Shown: positions 1-8,930, numbered from the stretch's first letter. The stretch: DNA of 64,000 nucleotides from an uncultured Acidobacteriota bacterium (GCA_963847075.1 CAWJYL010000001.1:320682-384681); one strand, 5' to 3'. Notes: a model not told the origin generated them from the sequence alone. Numbers and translations: made by a program.

Positions 1-161
1 TCTTCTACCGGGCTGGCTCCTCCATGGGGATCCCGGTCGTCCTCGCGCTCGTGCTCTACCTCGTCAACCTGGTCCGCACGATGCGCGCAAAGCCGCGCGC
101 CACCGCGGAGGGCGGCGCCCCGGCCCGACCCGCCTTCGCCTCGACGCTGCCGGTGCGATAA
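1..161 (+). CDS. Partial CDS (3' end only; start lies upstream of the window): hydrophobic C-terminus of a membrane protein
   Basis: In-frame codons from position 3 with GC-rich third positions. Encodes ...MGIPVVLALVLYLVNLVRTMRAKPRATAEGGAPARPAFASTLPVR and ends at TAA 159-161. No start codon is in the window. Function unknown. Confidence 0.35.
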   Translation, partial: FYRAGSSMGIPVVLALVLYLVNLVRTMRAKPRATAEGGAPARPAFASTLPVR

Positions 162-169
162 TCCGCGGC

Positions 170-856
170 GTGCCGGCACGCCCTCCCGTTCCTTTCAATG
201 CCATCCCGGTCCTTGCCTCGCTGACGCAGGAGGATCGCGCCGAGCTGTCCCCGATCTGCGAGCTGCGTGCCTACGAGAAAGGCGCGACGATCTTCGAGGA
301 GGGGCAGCCAGCCCTCTTCATCCATTTCCTCTTCGTCGGGAGGGTCAAGATCGTCAAGGCCGCCCCCGAACGGGACCTCATCCTGGAGATCCTCGGCCCG
401 GGCGAGCCGGTCGGCGCCGTGGCGGTTTTCGAGAGGCGTCCTTTCCCCGCCTCCGCAATCGCCCTCGAACCGTCCGGCACGGTCTCGATTCCGGAACGGG
501 AGTTCTTCGGCCTCATCGAAAGGCGCCCCGAGATCACCCGCCGCCTGCTCGCCGGCCTGACGATGCGCTTGATGGCCTTGAATCGCCGACTCGCCGATAT
601 GACGGGATCGATCGAGTACCGCGCGGCGCGACTGTTCGAAACCCTCGCGGAACGCGTCGGGAAGCCTCGCCCGGAGGGGGTCTTCGTTCCGTTTCACCTC
701 TCGCGACAGGACATCGCGGACCTGCTCGGCACCACGATCGAAACGGCCATCCGCATCATGAGCCGCTGGCAGAAGGAAGGCGTGGTCGAAACCGACAAGG
801 ACGGATTCCTCATCCGAAAGATGGCGGCGCTGCGGGAGATGGCTCCGTCCCAATAG
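170..856 (+). CDS. Crp/Fnr family transcriptional regulator (cNMP-binding domain plus C-terminal HTH)
   Basis: 228 aa with a GTG start. cNMP-binding-like core (ATIFEEGQPALFIHFLFVGRVKIV...GPGEPVGAVAVF) and a C-terminal HTH (SRQDIADLLGTTIETAIRIMSRWQKEGVV), typical of the Crp/Fnr family. Confidence 0.85.
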   Translation: MPARPPVPFNAIPVLASLTQEDRAELSPICELRAYEKGATIFEEGQPALFIHFLFVGRVKIVKAAPERDLILEILGPGEPVGAVAVFERRPFPASAIALEPSGTVSIPEREFFGLIERRPEITRRLLAGLTMRLMALNRRLADMTGSIEYRAARLFETLAERVGKPRPEGVFVPFHLSRQDIADLLGTTIETAIRIMSRWQKEGVVETDKDGFLIRKMAALREMAPSQ

Positions 857-2158
857 CGACGCGTCGCCCCGTCGGGCGGCTCTTCCAGGCGACGTAGGGC
901 CGCGCAAGGCTCCGCAGGGCGCCGAGCTTCCACTCGTAGATGCGCGAAGAAAAGCTGGGCGCCGCGAGCGCCGCGGCCTCCTCCGGCTGCACGACCAGCG
1001 AGACCTCGATCGGGAGCAGTCCGATCGGCAATCCGGCGTCGCGGCAAGCCTCGTAGAGATACGCGAAGACCTCCTTCATCGGGCCGGGGTCCGGGGGAGC
1101 CGCGTGCTCGAGCTCGCTGCCGACGGTGGGACGGAAAATGCACACGGTCGGGAAAGCACCGGCCTCGACGATGCGGTCGATTCCGCGCATCGTGGCCTCG
1201 ATCGGCTCGAGTCCGGCGATGATCTCGCCCGATACGCGGCCGCGGCCGAGGCGCTTCGCGCGTGTACTCCATGGCCTCGAAGAAGCCTTCCTGACCGAGG
1301 GTGGCGGCCTTGCCGGGGCACAGTCGCGCGAAGCATTCCGGGTCCTCGAACTCGTAGCAGAAGGAGAAGTGGTCCGCGCCGGCGTCGATGAGCGCGTCGT
1401 ACTCGAAGAACTTGCGCTTCGGGGACCGGCATCGCCTGGACGCCGATGAAGCCTCCCACGTGCTCCCGGACGGCGCGCACGAAGGGCTCGCATTGCCGCA
1501 GGCCATGGATCGGCTCGAGCCGGTCGATCTCCTCGAAGTGATATCCCGTGTTGAAGTGCGTGAAGATGGCGCCCGACTCGTGTCCTGGCTGCGACTGCGC
1601 GACCTCGACGACGTCCTCGACCTTCTTGCGGGCTTGCTCCGCCACGCCGAGGTTTCTCCCGGTCGTGCAGAACTTGCAGGCGAGCGAGGGCGTCGACGCC
1701 CAGTACATGCACGCGTTCGAGACGTAGACGCCGAGGTAGTTGCCCTGCAATACGCCGATCCGGCTCATCGGAATGCCGGTCGAGGTCACACGCGAATACC
1801 AGGCCGGCTCTTCCGGAAGCGTCACCGGATAGACGCCCCCGTCGCGATCGTCGAGGATGCGGTAACCCTCCTCGTCCCTCGCCAGCCGGAAGGGTGAGGC
1901 GGCGGCGAAGGATTCCACGACGGGGACATTGATCCAGATCGGCTTCCGGGGAGCCGGCAGCACGAGTTCGAGCCCCGAACCCAGGCCCGCGCGTGTGCGC
2001 GCGATGCGCCGCCCGTCTTCCTCGAGAACGCAGCTCGCATCGATTCGCGCTCCCCGACAGAACAGCTCGATCTCGAGCTCGACAGGCGACAACATCGATC
2101 CCGAGCCTAGACGAACCCTGGAGGCCCGCACATGATGCAAATCATTCAGTTGACTCAT
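810..2158 (-). pseudogene. Radical SAM superfamily protein, disrupted by two frameshifts (pseudogene or local sequencing error)
   Basis: Three overlapping minus-strand ORFs (1076-2296, 694-1506, 810-1712) each hold one collinear, protein-like segment. Segment 1 has a Cys cluster, NACMYWASTPSLACKFCTTG. Segment 2 is KFFEYDALIDAGADHFSFCYEFEDPECFARLCPGKAATLGQEGFFEAMEYT. Segment 3 is SGEIIAGLEPIEATMRGIDRIVEAGAFPTVCIFRPTV..., a radical-SAM-barrel-like C-terminal half. Frame switches fall near 1430-1440 and near 1260. Confidence 0.5.
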
Positions 2159-2397
2159 CGTACGAGGCTTTCGGGGCGAATCGAGAGGCGCTGGGCGCGG
2201 CCAGGACGAAGGTCCAATCTGAATTGGATACAGCACTGGCGTCTCGCATCCGGCCCCTTGGCGATGGTTCTCGCCTGGTCGCCAACTCCCCGTCACGAGT
2301 CCCGGAGGCCCAAGGCATCGGGCTACGCAACGGCTGCCGCAACGGATATCTTCGGCTCCTCGAGCCGTTCCGGCTCGCGAAACGGAGGCTGATCCTC

Positions 2398-2850
2398 ATG
2401 GAGCTCAAGGTCCCCCAGTCGATCCAGATCGAACACGAGGAGTTGCACGAAGAGCTCGCCCGGGCCCTCAAGGCTGGCGGCAAGACAGGCGAGGCGGCGA
2501 GGGGTGTCATGAAAGTCCTCCAGCCGCACATGGCCCGGGAGGAGGAACTCGTCGCGCCCGCCCTCGCGCTGCTCGGCGCCGTTGCGGCGGGACAGATCAC
2601 GGACGAGATGGCCTCGGTTGCGCCCCGCATCGGGGCTCTCCGCGGCGAGCTTCCGCGAATGCTCGCGGAGCACCGACAGATGGTCGAGGCACTGCGCCGC
2701 CTCATGCAGGCCGCCACAGAAGAGAAGCAACTCGGGTTCGCCCGACTCGCACAGAGGCTGATCTCCCACGCGCAGGAAGAGGAAGAAATCCTCTACCCCG
2801 CCGCGATCCTCGTCGCAGACACCTTGAATCGGAGATTTGGGCAGTCCTAG
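2398..2850 (+). CDS. Hemerythrin-like (HHE cation-binding) domain protein
   Basis: ATG at 2398 preceded by GGAGG at 2384-2388. 150 aa: MELKVPQSIQIEHEELHEEL...HMAREEELVAPAL...HAQEEEEILYP, with repeated H/E-rich helices typical of hemerythrin HHE domains. The longer track ORF from 1993 has a low-complexity N-terminus antisense to the radical SAM gene. Confidence 0.75.
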   Translation: MELKVPQSIQIEHEELHEELARALKAGGKTGEAARGVMKVLQPHMAREEELVAPALALLGAVAAGQITDEMASVAPRIGALRGELPRMLAEHRQMVEALRRLMQAATEEKQLGFARLAQRLISHAQEEEEILYPAAILVADTLNRRFGQS

Positions 2851-3067
2851 TTCCCTGGGTTCGCGAGGGCAAGACCGGTCTGATGCCCTGTTGGCGCCTT
2901 CGGCCGAGCTATGGGTCATCGTGCCGGCCGGCCTCGCGACGCGGCGTCCGAACGGGGCCGACCTCTCGGGCACCGGCCTCAGGCTTAGACCCGCTCTTCC
3001 CGCCTGGTCGCGGCAAGAACCTGAGCGACGAGCAGGAGCATTCCTGCGTCGCGGGCGACGGCGATTT

Positions 3068-3439
3068 TCATGTCACGCATCCGCTCCGTCTCGGTTTTCG
3101 GAACCGGGGAGGTTCCGAAGCACCCGCAATCCACGGCTCGCCCCGCACCAGATTGATCGAGATCGCAACGATGAACACCAGGAGCAGGATGCCCAGGATT
3201 CTTGCCGCGCTGCGTCGGGCGAGCCCGAGGAACAGGGCAAGGCCCGCGACGACCTCGACCCACGGCAGGACGAGGGCCATCGCGTTGATCGCGATTCCCG
3301 GGACCAGCCGGTAGTTGTGAATCTCGTGCGCGAACCCGGGGGGATCCGCGATCTTTCCGACGCCCGCGACGACGAAAACCGCCGCCAGGACGAACTGGAC
3401 TCGTGAGGTCAGCCAGGTGGAGGTCAACCGTCCGTTCAC
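3068..3439 (-). CDS. DoxX/MauE-like small membrane protein
   Basis: 123 aa with 4 predicted TM helices (VQFVLAAVFVVAGVGKIADPPGFAHEI...LVLPWVEVVAGLALFLGL), the DoxX family pattern. Its start is overlapped by the stop of the upstream rhodanese gene (3436-3439). Confidence 0.75.
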   Translation of the reverse strand: MNGRLTSTWLTSRVQFVLAAVFVVAGVGKIADPPGFAHEIHNYRLVPGIAINAMALVLPWVEVVAGLALFLGLARRSAARILGILLLVFIVAISINLVRGEPWIAGASEPPRFRKPRRSGCVT

Positions 3440-4020
3440 CGCGGCTCACCCTTGCCGACCGGAAGACCGCGCTTGAGCCAATCGGGAAAGCCGTCCTTGT
3501 AGACGAGGACGTCGTCGAAGCCGACGAAATAGAGCTTCTGGCCGAGCATGTGGGAGTCCTCGCAATCGCCGCCGCTGCAATACACGACGATCGGAGCGTT
3601 CTGGTCGCGTCCCTCCGCGAAGAGCGCCTTCACCTTGTCATCGACGTCTGCCTCCCACACCGAGATGGACCGAGCCCCGGAAATGTGGCCATCGCGATAG
3701 ACGCTCGAGCGCCGGGCATCCAGGAACAGCACGTCCCCGCGGGCAAAGAGCGCCGCGACGTCATCTCCCGAGATCTCCACCCACGGCTTGGTCGGGTGGG
3801 GCGGGAAAGTCTTTCCCGCATCCGCCGCCATCGGCGTAATGCTCGACGATGGCGGCGCAACGGGCGGCACCGACGGGGCTACCGGCGATCCCTCCGCGTA
3901 GGTCGCCTCCCAGCGGAGCCGGCGCTCCGGCCCGGCCAGGACGTTCGAAACCACGGCGGCGACGACAGCCAGGACGAAGATCCCCAACGCCTCGCGCCAG
4001 AAGCTTCCCGGTCTTCTCAC
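3436..4020 (-). CDS. Rhodanese-domain sulfurtransferase with N-terminal signal/anchor
   Basis: 194 aa. N-terminal hydrophobic segment plus a rhodanese core: VLFLDARRSSVYRDGHISGARSI...PIVVYCSGGDCEDSHMLGQKL, with the catalytic-Cys loop CSGGDCE. Confidence 0.8.
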   Translation of the reverse strand: MRRPGSFWREALGIFVLAVVAAVVSNVLAGPERRLRWEATYAEGSPVAPSVPPVAPPSSSITPMAADAGKTFPPHPTKPWVEISGDDVAALFARGDVLFLDARRSSVYRDGHISGARSISVWEADVDDKVKALFAEGRDQNAPIVVYCSGGDCEDSHMLGQKLYFVGFDDVLVYKDGFPDWLKRGLPVGKGEPR

Positions 4021-4059
4021 CGGGCCATATTAGCCGAGCCGCGAAGGACGACGGCCGGC

Positions 4060-4887
4060 TCAGCCCGGATAGATCTGGATCTGCCGCACGAGTCGATCCG
4101 CCTCCTCCGGGTCGAGCAGCCTGTCCACTGCGGGATACAGGACCCTCTCTTCTTTGAGGTTGTGCTCGCCCAGGAGCCCCAGGAAGTCGCGCCGCACGTC
4201 CTCGACGGCCGAAGCGGGGTCGCCGATCCCGCCGTCGATCTGATCGAGCAGGTCCCGAATGCGCCGGTGCTCTGTTCGCATCATCGCCGTTGGTCCGGCC
4301 GACGGCGGAAGCCCTGCCCGGTCCTCGAACACCGGAAACACGATGCGTTCCTCGAATCCGATGTGGCGGCTCAGGCCTGCGGCGAACTCCGCGTAGAGAT
4401 CGAAGGCAGACTGAAGATCTCCGTCGGCCCGGGCCCGGAAGGCGGCCAGCTCGAGGGCGTCGAGGCGATCGTGGTCCCATGCCAGCGCCTCGGCGATCCG
4501 GCGCAGCCGCGTCGCCGAGTTCTCCCGCCTGGCAATCTCGATACGCCACGAAGACGGACCCATCTCCAGGGGCGACCACTCGAAGAGTCCGGGCCGATCC
4601 GCTTGCAGCAGTCGAAGTGCTTCCCCGCACGCTCCGCTGCTCACGAGCACGAATCGCTCCCCTGGCGCAAGCTCATCGAATCGCAACCTCGCCGCGGACG
4701 CCCACTCCGCGGCCCCGAGTCCCCGTGCGTCCAAAATGCGCTCCGCCGTCGCCAAGTGCACCATCGACCCCTCCCGTCGGTCCCATCCTGCCTGCCCGCC
4801 AGGCCGGATTCTTATGATCTTCATCATCTCGGGCGCGTTGAAATGATCCATTCGCATCAGGCCGATCGGCGCCGTCCGTACCCACAA
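4060..4887 (-). CDS. DUF2249-like (TusA-fold) domain fused to a hemerythrin HHE domain; start uncertain (M at 4887, or internal M near 4764)
   Basis: N-terminal half (ILDARGLGAAEWASAARLRFDELAPGERFVLVSSGACGEALRLLQADRPGLFEWSPLEMGPSSWRIEI) resembles DUF2249. C-terminal half (DHDRLDALELAAF...HIGFEERIVFPVFEDR...EHRRIRDLLDQI...HNLKEERVLYPAVD) is hemerythrin-like. Confidence 0.6.
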   Translation of the reverse strand: MWVRTAPIGLMRMDHFNAPEMMKIIRIRPGGQAGWDRREGSMVHLATAERILDARGLGAAEWASAARLRFDELAPGERFVLVSSGACGEALRLLQADRPGLFEWSPLEMGPSSWRIEIARRENSATRLRRIAEALAWDHDRLDALELAAFRARADGDLQSAFDLYAEFAAGLSRHIGFEERIVFPVFEDRAGLPPSAGPTAMMRTEHRRIRDLLDQIDGGIGDPASAVEDVRRDFLGLLGEHNLKEERVLYPAVDRLLDPEEADRLVRQIQIYPG

Positions 4888-4895
4888 TTCCAGGC

Positions 4896-5309
4896 ATGGA
4901 TGCGCCGCCGAAAACGTCGCTGCCGTTGGCTCCGGAGCAGCTGTCCCGGCCGGAAGCGATTGCGCGTCTTCGCGAAAAGCTGCAGACCCTCACCGACTCG
5001 GAACACTGCGTATGCGCCGTCGCCACGCGCCTCGGCTTCCCGTGCCACGGGTTCTCCCAGCTTTCCGATGACGAGTTCCGCAAGCGATTTGACTGGATCG
5101 TTCAGAAGCGCCCGCACGCCACACGGCAGGAGCTCGAGGAGTACGCAAACCTCTATCTTCTCGGCCGCCAGGAGGCGACGGGGGCCGCCCTCGCCTGCGA
5201 CGTCGAGACCCGCGAGCACGACCTCTGCGGAGGCTGGAACACGTTCGAGAACGTGAAGCTCGAGGAGTTTTACCGGGAGGTGTTCGGTCGCCCGGTTCGG
5301 ATCGGCTGA
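4896..5309 (+). CDS. Hypothetical protein (Cys/His-containing, no recognised domain)
   Basis: 137 aa ORF with balanced, protein-like composition (EHCVCAVATRLGFPCHGFSQLSDDEFRKRFDWIVQKRPHATRQELEEYANLYLLG). Its 3' end overlaps surE convergently by about 40 nt. No family recognised. Confidence 0.35.
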   Translation: MDAPPKTSLPLAPEQLSRPEAIARLREKLQTLTDSEHCVCAVATRLGFPCHGFSQLSDDEFRKRFDWIVQKRPHATRQELEEYANLYLLGRQEATGAALACDVETREHDLCGGWNTFENVKLEEFYREVFGRPVRIG

Positions 5310-6070
5310 GGCCTCACCTCCCCCAGGCGGTCCGCGACCTCCTCGAGCAACTCGAGAGACCGATAGTCCGTCAGATCGAGGTGCAGCGGGGTCATCGAAA
5401 TGAACTTGTCCTCGACCGCCGACAGGTCCGTCCCCTGCTCGAGCTCCCCCATCGGCGGCGTCGCGCCGATCCAGTAGTACGGACGCCCCCGCGGATCCTC
5501 TTTTTCGATCACGGCCTCGCCATAGCGGCGGCGTCCCTGGCGGACCACACGCAACCCCCGGGGCGCACCCGCCGGAACGTTCACGTTGACGAGCGTGCCG
5601 GCGGGAAGGGGCTGCTCCAGCAGATGACGCGCCAGCCGCGCGGCGAACTCGGCCGCGGCGTCAAACGTGAAGCCCGTCTCGATCTCCTGAGAGATCGCGA
5701 CCGAGGAGATGCCGATCAGCGTCCCCTCGAAGGCGGCGGAAACGGTGCCCGAGTACGTCACGTCGTCGCCGAGGTTCAAGCCCAGGTTGATGCCGGACAC
5801 GAGAAGCTTCGGCCGTTCGTCGCGCAGCAGATGCAGCACGCCCCAGTTCACGCAGTCGGTCGGCGTACCGTCGACCGACCAGCGCTGCGGCCCGACGAGC
5901 TTGGCCCGGAGCGGGTGATGGAGCGTCAGCGAGTGCCCCGCCGCGCTGCGTTCCTGGTCGGGGGCGACCGTGAAGACGTCGCCCACCTCCGAGAGGGACG
6001 CGGCCAGGCGCTCGATACCCTCCGAGAAGATCCCGTCGTCGTTAGTGACGAGGATCCGGGGACGGGTCAT
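5270..6070 (-). CDS. surE: 5'/3'-nucleotidase SurE
   Basis: 266 aa. N-terminal ILVTNDDGIFSEGIERLA...VFTVAPDQERSAAGHSLTLHHPLR...SGINLGLNLGDDVTYSGTVSAAFEG matches SurE signature motifs. Confidence 0.9.
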   Translation of the reverse strand: MTRPRILVTNDDGIFSEGIERLAASLSEVGDVFTVAPDQERSAAGHSLTLHHPLRAKLVGPQRWSVDGTPTDCVNWGVLHLLRDERPKLLVSGINLGLNLGDDVTYSGTVSAAFEGTLIGISSVAISQEIETGFTFDAAAEFAARLARHLLEQPLPAGTLVNVNVPAGAPRGLRVVRQGRRRYGEAVIEKEDPRGRPYYWIGATPPMGELEQGTDLSAVEDKFISMTPLHLDLTDYRSLELLEEVADRLGEVRPQPIRTGRPNTSR

Positions 6071-6285
6071 GCCGCAGCCTGGGGAGGAGGAGGCATGACG
6101 AACATGAGAATGATGTAGGCGAGGATCCCGGGAAACGCCACGGAGATGATCGAGATCAGCACGTACGCGACGCGAACGACCGTCGGGTCGAGCTCGAAGT
6201 ACTCGGCGATTCCACCGCAGACACCGGCGATCATCTTGTGCCGCGACGAGCGGGTCAGGCGGCGCGATGGCGATGGGGAGCTCAT
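6067..6285 (-). CDS. PspC-domain small membrane protein
   Basis: 72 aa: MSSPSPSRRLTRSSRHKMIAGVCGGIAEYFELDPTVVRVAYVLISIISVAFPGILAYIILMFVMP, a PspC-domain signature. AGGAGG is 8 nt upstream of ATG 6285. ATGA overlaps with queD upstream and surE downstream. The track ORF extends as Arg-rich low complexity and was rejected. Confidence 0.7.
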   Translation of the reverse strand: MSSPSPSRRLTRSSRHKMIAGVCGGIAEYFELDPTVVRVAYVLISIISVAFPGILAYIILMFVMPPPPQAAA

Positions 6286-6698
6286 CCTGTTCCTCCTTCG
6301 TAAACGACGCTGTTTCGTTCCGTCTCGTGCAGCGCGACCCGCACGAGCCTCGCCGGCGTCACTCGCGGCGCAAGCTCGCGCCAGATGCCGACGGCGATGT
6401 TCTCCGCGGTCGGATTGACTCCGGAGAGGAAGTCCACGTCGAAGTTCAAGTGCTTCCGATCGAGCCGCCGGATGACCCACTCCTCGACGAGGCGCTTCAG
6501 CCTGCCGAAATCCATCACGTACCCGGTCTCCGGGTCGATCTCGCCCTCGACGGTCACCTCGAGACCGTACGTGTGGCCGTGACCGTTTACGTGGTTGCAC
6601 TTGTCGAAGACGCGCCGGTTCTTTTCCTCATCCCAGTCCTCCCGATGGAGCCGGTGGGCCGCCGCAAAATGGGAGGCGGAGACGAGGCGAACGCGCAT
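6282..6698 (-). CDS. queD: 6-carboxy-5,6,7,8-tetrahydropterin synthase / 6-pyruvoyl-tetrahydropterin synthase family
   Basis: 138 aa: ASHFAAAHRLHREDWDEEKNRRVFDKCNHVNGHGHTYGLEVTVEG...MDFGRLKR, the PTPS/QueD motif CxxxxxHGH with zinc ligands. Confidence 0.9.
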   Translation of the reverse strand: MRVRLVSASHFAAAHRLHREDWDEEKNRRVFDKCNHVNGHGHTYGLEVTVEGEIDPETGYVMDFGRLKRLVEEWVIRRLDRKHLNFDVDFLSGVNPTAENIAVGIWRELAPRVTPARLVRVALHETERNSVVYEGGTG

Positions 6699-6761
6699 CG
6701 CCCGGATTCTAGCGCGGCGTTTGACAGTGCCCCCGGACCCTGTTCAAATGCGCTTCCCGGT

Positions 6762-6838
6762 CGGGATGTGGCGCAGTCTGGTAGCGTACCTGAATGGGGT
6801 TCAGGGGGTCCCGGGTTCGAATCCCGGCATCCCGACCA
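6762..6838 (+). tRNA. tRNA-Pro (anticodon GGG)
   Basis: Folded by hand. Acceptor CGGGATG/CATCCCG, D-arm GCGC-AGTCTGGTA-GCGT, anticodon stem CCTGA/TCAGG with loop ATGGGGT (anticodon GGG, G37), T-arm CCGGG-TTCGAAT-CCCGG, discriminator A, encoded CCA. 77 nt. Confidence 0.9.
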
Positions 6839-7182
6839 AAAACATACCGACCCGTTTCTATAGCCTCCCGCCTATCCCCTGCGCGCCTTCGATCGAGCAC
6901 CCGACGACGTGAAGCAGCCAACCGATGGTTCGCTCGCAGACCGCCCGCCGCACTGTTGCACCGGGTGTGCCGGAGCCCGCGCGAACGAGCCCACGGGAAC
7001 CTCTTCCGGACGACTTGATAGCGGGGCCAGGCTGGTCCGCCGTGCCCCGCGCTCGGAGGGCGGCGGCGGCTTGCGCTCCGCCCTCGTCCGCCCAACTCGA
7101 TCCCCGAGGGTTTGTCGAAGGAAGCCGTGGGCGCGGCTTCGGAGAGTCCGAACATAAACCGCTGATAAACTGCGGATAGTTT

Positions 7183-8238
7183 GTGATGCCTTCCAAAGCC
7201 GAGCGCGAAGGTCGCGCCAGGAATGTCTTCCGAGCGGTCCTCCTTCTGGCCGGCATCAGCCTGGCCGTGCTCCTCGTGTGGAAGACGGGCTGGCCGGCGG
7301 TGCAAGCCAACCTCGCCTCGATAGGCTGGACGTTTTTTGGCCTGACGGCCCTCTACCTGCTGGCCGAGATCGCCTTCGTCCTGGGATGGCGGTCCGTGAT
7401 GGAACCCCATCCCCCACTCTCCAGCCTGCCGAACCTGCTGCGTATCTATCTGGCCGGCAACTCGCTCAACTACCTCTCCCCCGGAAGCGTTGCTGGAGAG
7501 CCCGTGCGCGCCAGCATGCTGCGCGACCGAATGGAGACCGCCCGCGCGATTGCCTCGGTGACGATCTTCAAACATGCGCACCTTCTTTCGCAGGCCTTCT
7601 TCGTCGCTACGGGTCTGGCCGTCGCGGTCGTTTTCTTCGACCTCCCCGAGGGGGTGCGTTGGGCGGCCCTGGCGAGCGTGGTGGTGCTATGCGGGCTCCT
7701 CGTCCTGATGACGTGGGCGCTTCAGAAGGGATCCTTCTCGCCCATCCTCTCGGCACTGTGCCGCTTCAAGCCGCTGGCGGCGCGGCTCGAGCGCCACAGG
7801 GAAGGGGCTCAGGCCCTCGACGAGCTGATCCGGCGCTTCTATGTCCATCGGCGCTCGCACTTCTTCGCGGCGGCCTTCTGGTGCCTGGTCGGCTGGTGCG
7901 GAGGGCTCCTCGAGACGTACATCGTGCTGCGCCTTCTCGCCCCGGGTCGGGGGTGGGAGACCGCGTGTGCCGCCGAGTCCCTCGCCATGCTGCTCAACAA
8001 CATGTTCCTATTCGTTCCGGGCCGCGCCGGAACGGCCGAGGGCATCCGCACGGGCGTCTTCGTTCTGCTGGGACTGCCCGCTTCCACGGGTGTGGCCTAC
8101 GGTCTCGTCCGCCGTGCGCGAGAGCTGCTCTGGGTTCTTCCCGGACTCGCGTTTCTCGCGCGCCGGCCAGCCCGGATTGCGACGCGGGCGGCGGGCGTCA
8201 ACAGTCCAAAGCTCGTCAGATCCGAGCGGGCGCGATGA
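7183..8238 (+). CDS. Flippase-like polytopic membrane protein (lysyl-phosphatidylglycerol synthase TM-domain / UPF0104 family-like)
   Basis: 351 aa with about 8 TM helices. N-terminal basic segment then LLLAGISLAVLLVW...; resembles the MprF N-terminal flippase domain without a synthase domain. First gene of a 4-gene translationally coupled operon. Confidence 0.75.
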   Translation: MMPSKAEREGRARNVFRAVLLLAGISLAVLLVWKTGWPAVQANLASIGWTFFGLTALYLLAEIAFVLGWRSVMEPHPPLSSLPNLLRIYLAGNSLNYLSPGSVAGEPVRASMLRDRMETARAIASVTIFKHAHLLSQAFFVATGLAVAVVFFDLPEGVRWAALASVVVLCGLLVLMTWALQKGSFSPILSALCRFKPLAARLERHREGAQALDELIRRFYVHRRSHFFAAAFWCLVGWCGGLLETYIVLRLLAPGRGWETACAAESLAMLLNNMFLFVPGRAGTAEGIRTGVFVLLGLPASTGVAYGLVRRARELLWVLPGLAFLARRPARIATRAAGVNSPKLVRSERAR

Positions 8239-8930
8239 CCCATCTCGCCGGGCCTTCCGCCCGGGTTCTGCTCTTCGACTTCGGCGGCACGCTCGACGCC
8301 GAGGGTGTGCCCTGGAAAGAACGGTTCTTCCGGTTGGCCCGCGAGGAGGGCCTCGACGTGCCCCAGCATGAGTTCGACCCCGCGTTCTACGCAGCGACGG
8401 ACGCCCTCGAAGGGAAGATCCCGGCGGTCAGCGGATTTCGCGAGACCGTCGACCGTGTCGCCGACGGGCTTGCCGCCCGGCTCGGGCGCGATAGAGCCCT
8501 CCTTCGGAGAGTTGGAGATCGTTTCAGCGACGAGTCCTTGCGGCAGCTCGGCCAGAGCGCGGCCCTGCTCTCTCGTCTGGCCGCTCGCCACCGCCTCGGA
8601 ATCGTGTCCAACTTCTACGGAAACCTCGAGGCCGTCTGCGCCGAAGCGGGATTGACTTCCTCGATCGGCGTTTCCGTCGATTCGAGTCTCGTGGGCTTCA
8701 AGAAGCCCGACCCCAGGATCTTTCAGGCGGCGCTCGACGCCCTCGGGGCGTTGCCGGCAGAGGCGATCTTCGTGGGCGACTCCCTGCGGCGGGACATGGT
8801 CGGGGCACGGGCGATGGGGATGCGGCACATCTGGCTCCGCTCGGAGGGTGGCGGCGCAGACGACGGGCCCTGCTGCCCGGGGGATCCCGTGATCGCGCGC
8901 CTGGCGGAGCTTTCGGGGCTCGGAATATGA
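8235..8930 (+). CDS. HAD superfamily hydrolase (likely phosphatase)
   Basis: ATG at 8235 overlaps the upstream TGA (ATGA). 231 aa. Motif I VLLFDFGGTLD, motif II LGIVSNF, motif III/IV KKPDPRIF...IFVGDSLRRD are the canonical HAD-IA motifs. The track ORF from 7278 carries an upstream out-of-frame artifact. Confidence 0.8.
   Translation: MTHLAGPSARVLLFDFGGTLDAEGVPWKERFFRLAREEGLDVPQHEFDPAFYAATDALEGKIPAVSGFRETVDRVADGLAARLGRDRALLRRVGDRFSDESLRQLGQSAALLSRLAARHRLGIVSNFYGNLEAVCAEAGLTSSIGVSVDSSLVGFKKPDPRIFQAALDALGALPAEAIFVGDSLRRDMVGARAMGMRHIWLRSEGGGADDGPCCPGDPVIARLAELSGLGI

Noticed and set aside
56-907. 283-aa minus-strand ORF antisense to the Crp/Fnr gene
   Set aside because: Arg/Gly/Asp-rich low-complexity translation typical of antisense frames in 70% GC DNA. 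No domain. Fully overlaps a convincing regulator gene.
3403-5256. 617-aa plus-strand ORF spanning the rhodanese and hemerythrin genes
   Set aside because: Extreme Arg/Pro/Ser composition with no hydrophobic core. Antisense to two well-supported genes.
6762-6912. Prophage or integrative island at tRNA-Pro or tRNA-Leu
   Set aside because: No integrase, excisionase or direct repeat of the tRNA 3' end was found on either side within the window. Only the compositional anomaly of the sulfatase gene supports acquisition.
6709-7581. 290-aa minus-strand ORF covering tRNA-Pro and the start of the flippase-like gene
   Set aside because: Overlaps a tRNA and a real gene. Gly/Arg-rich. Noncoding by composition.
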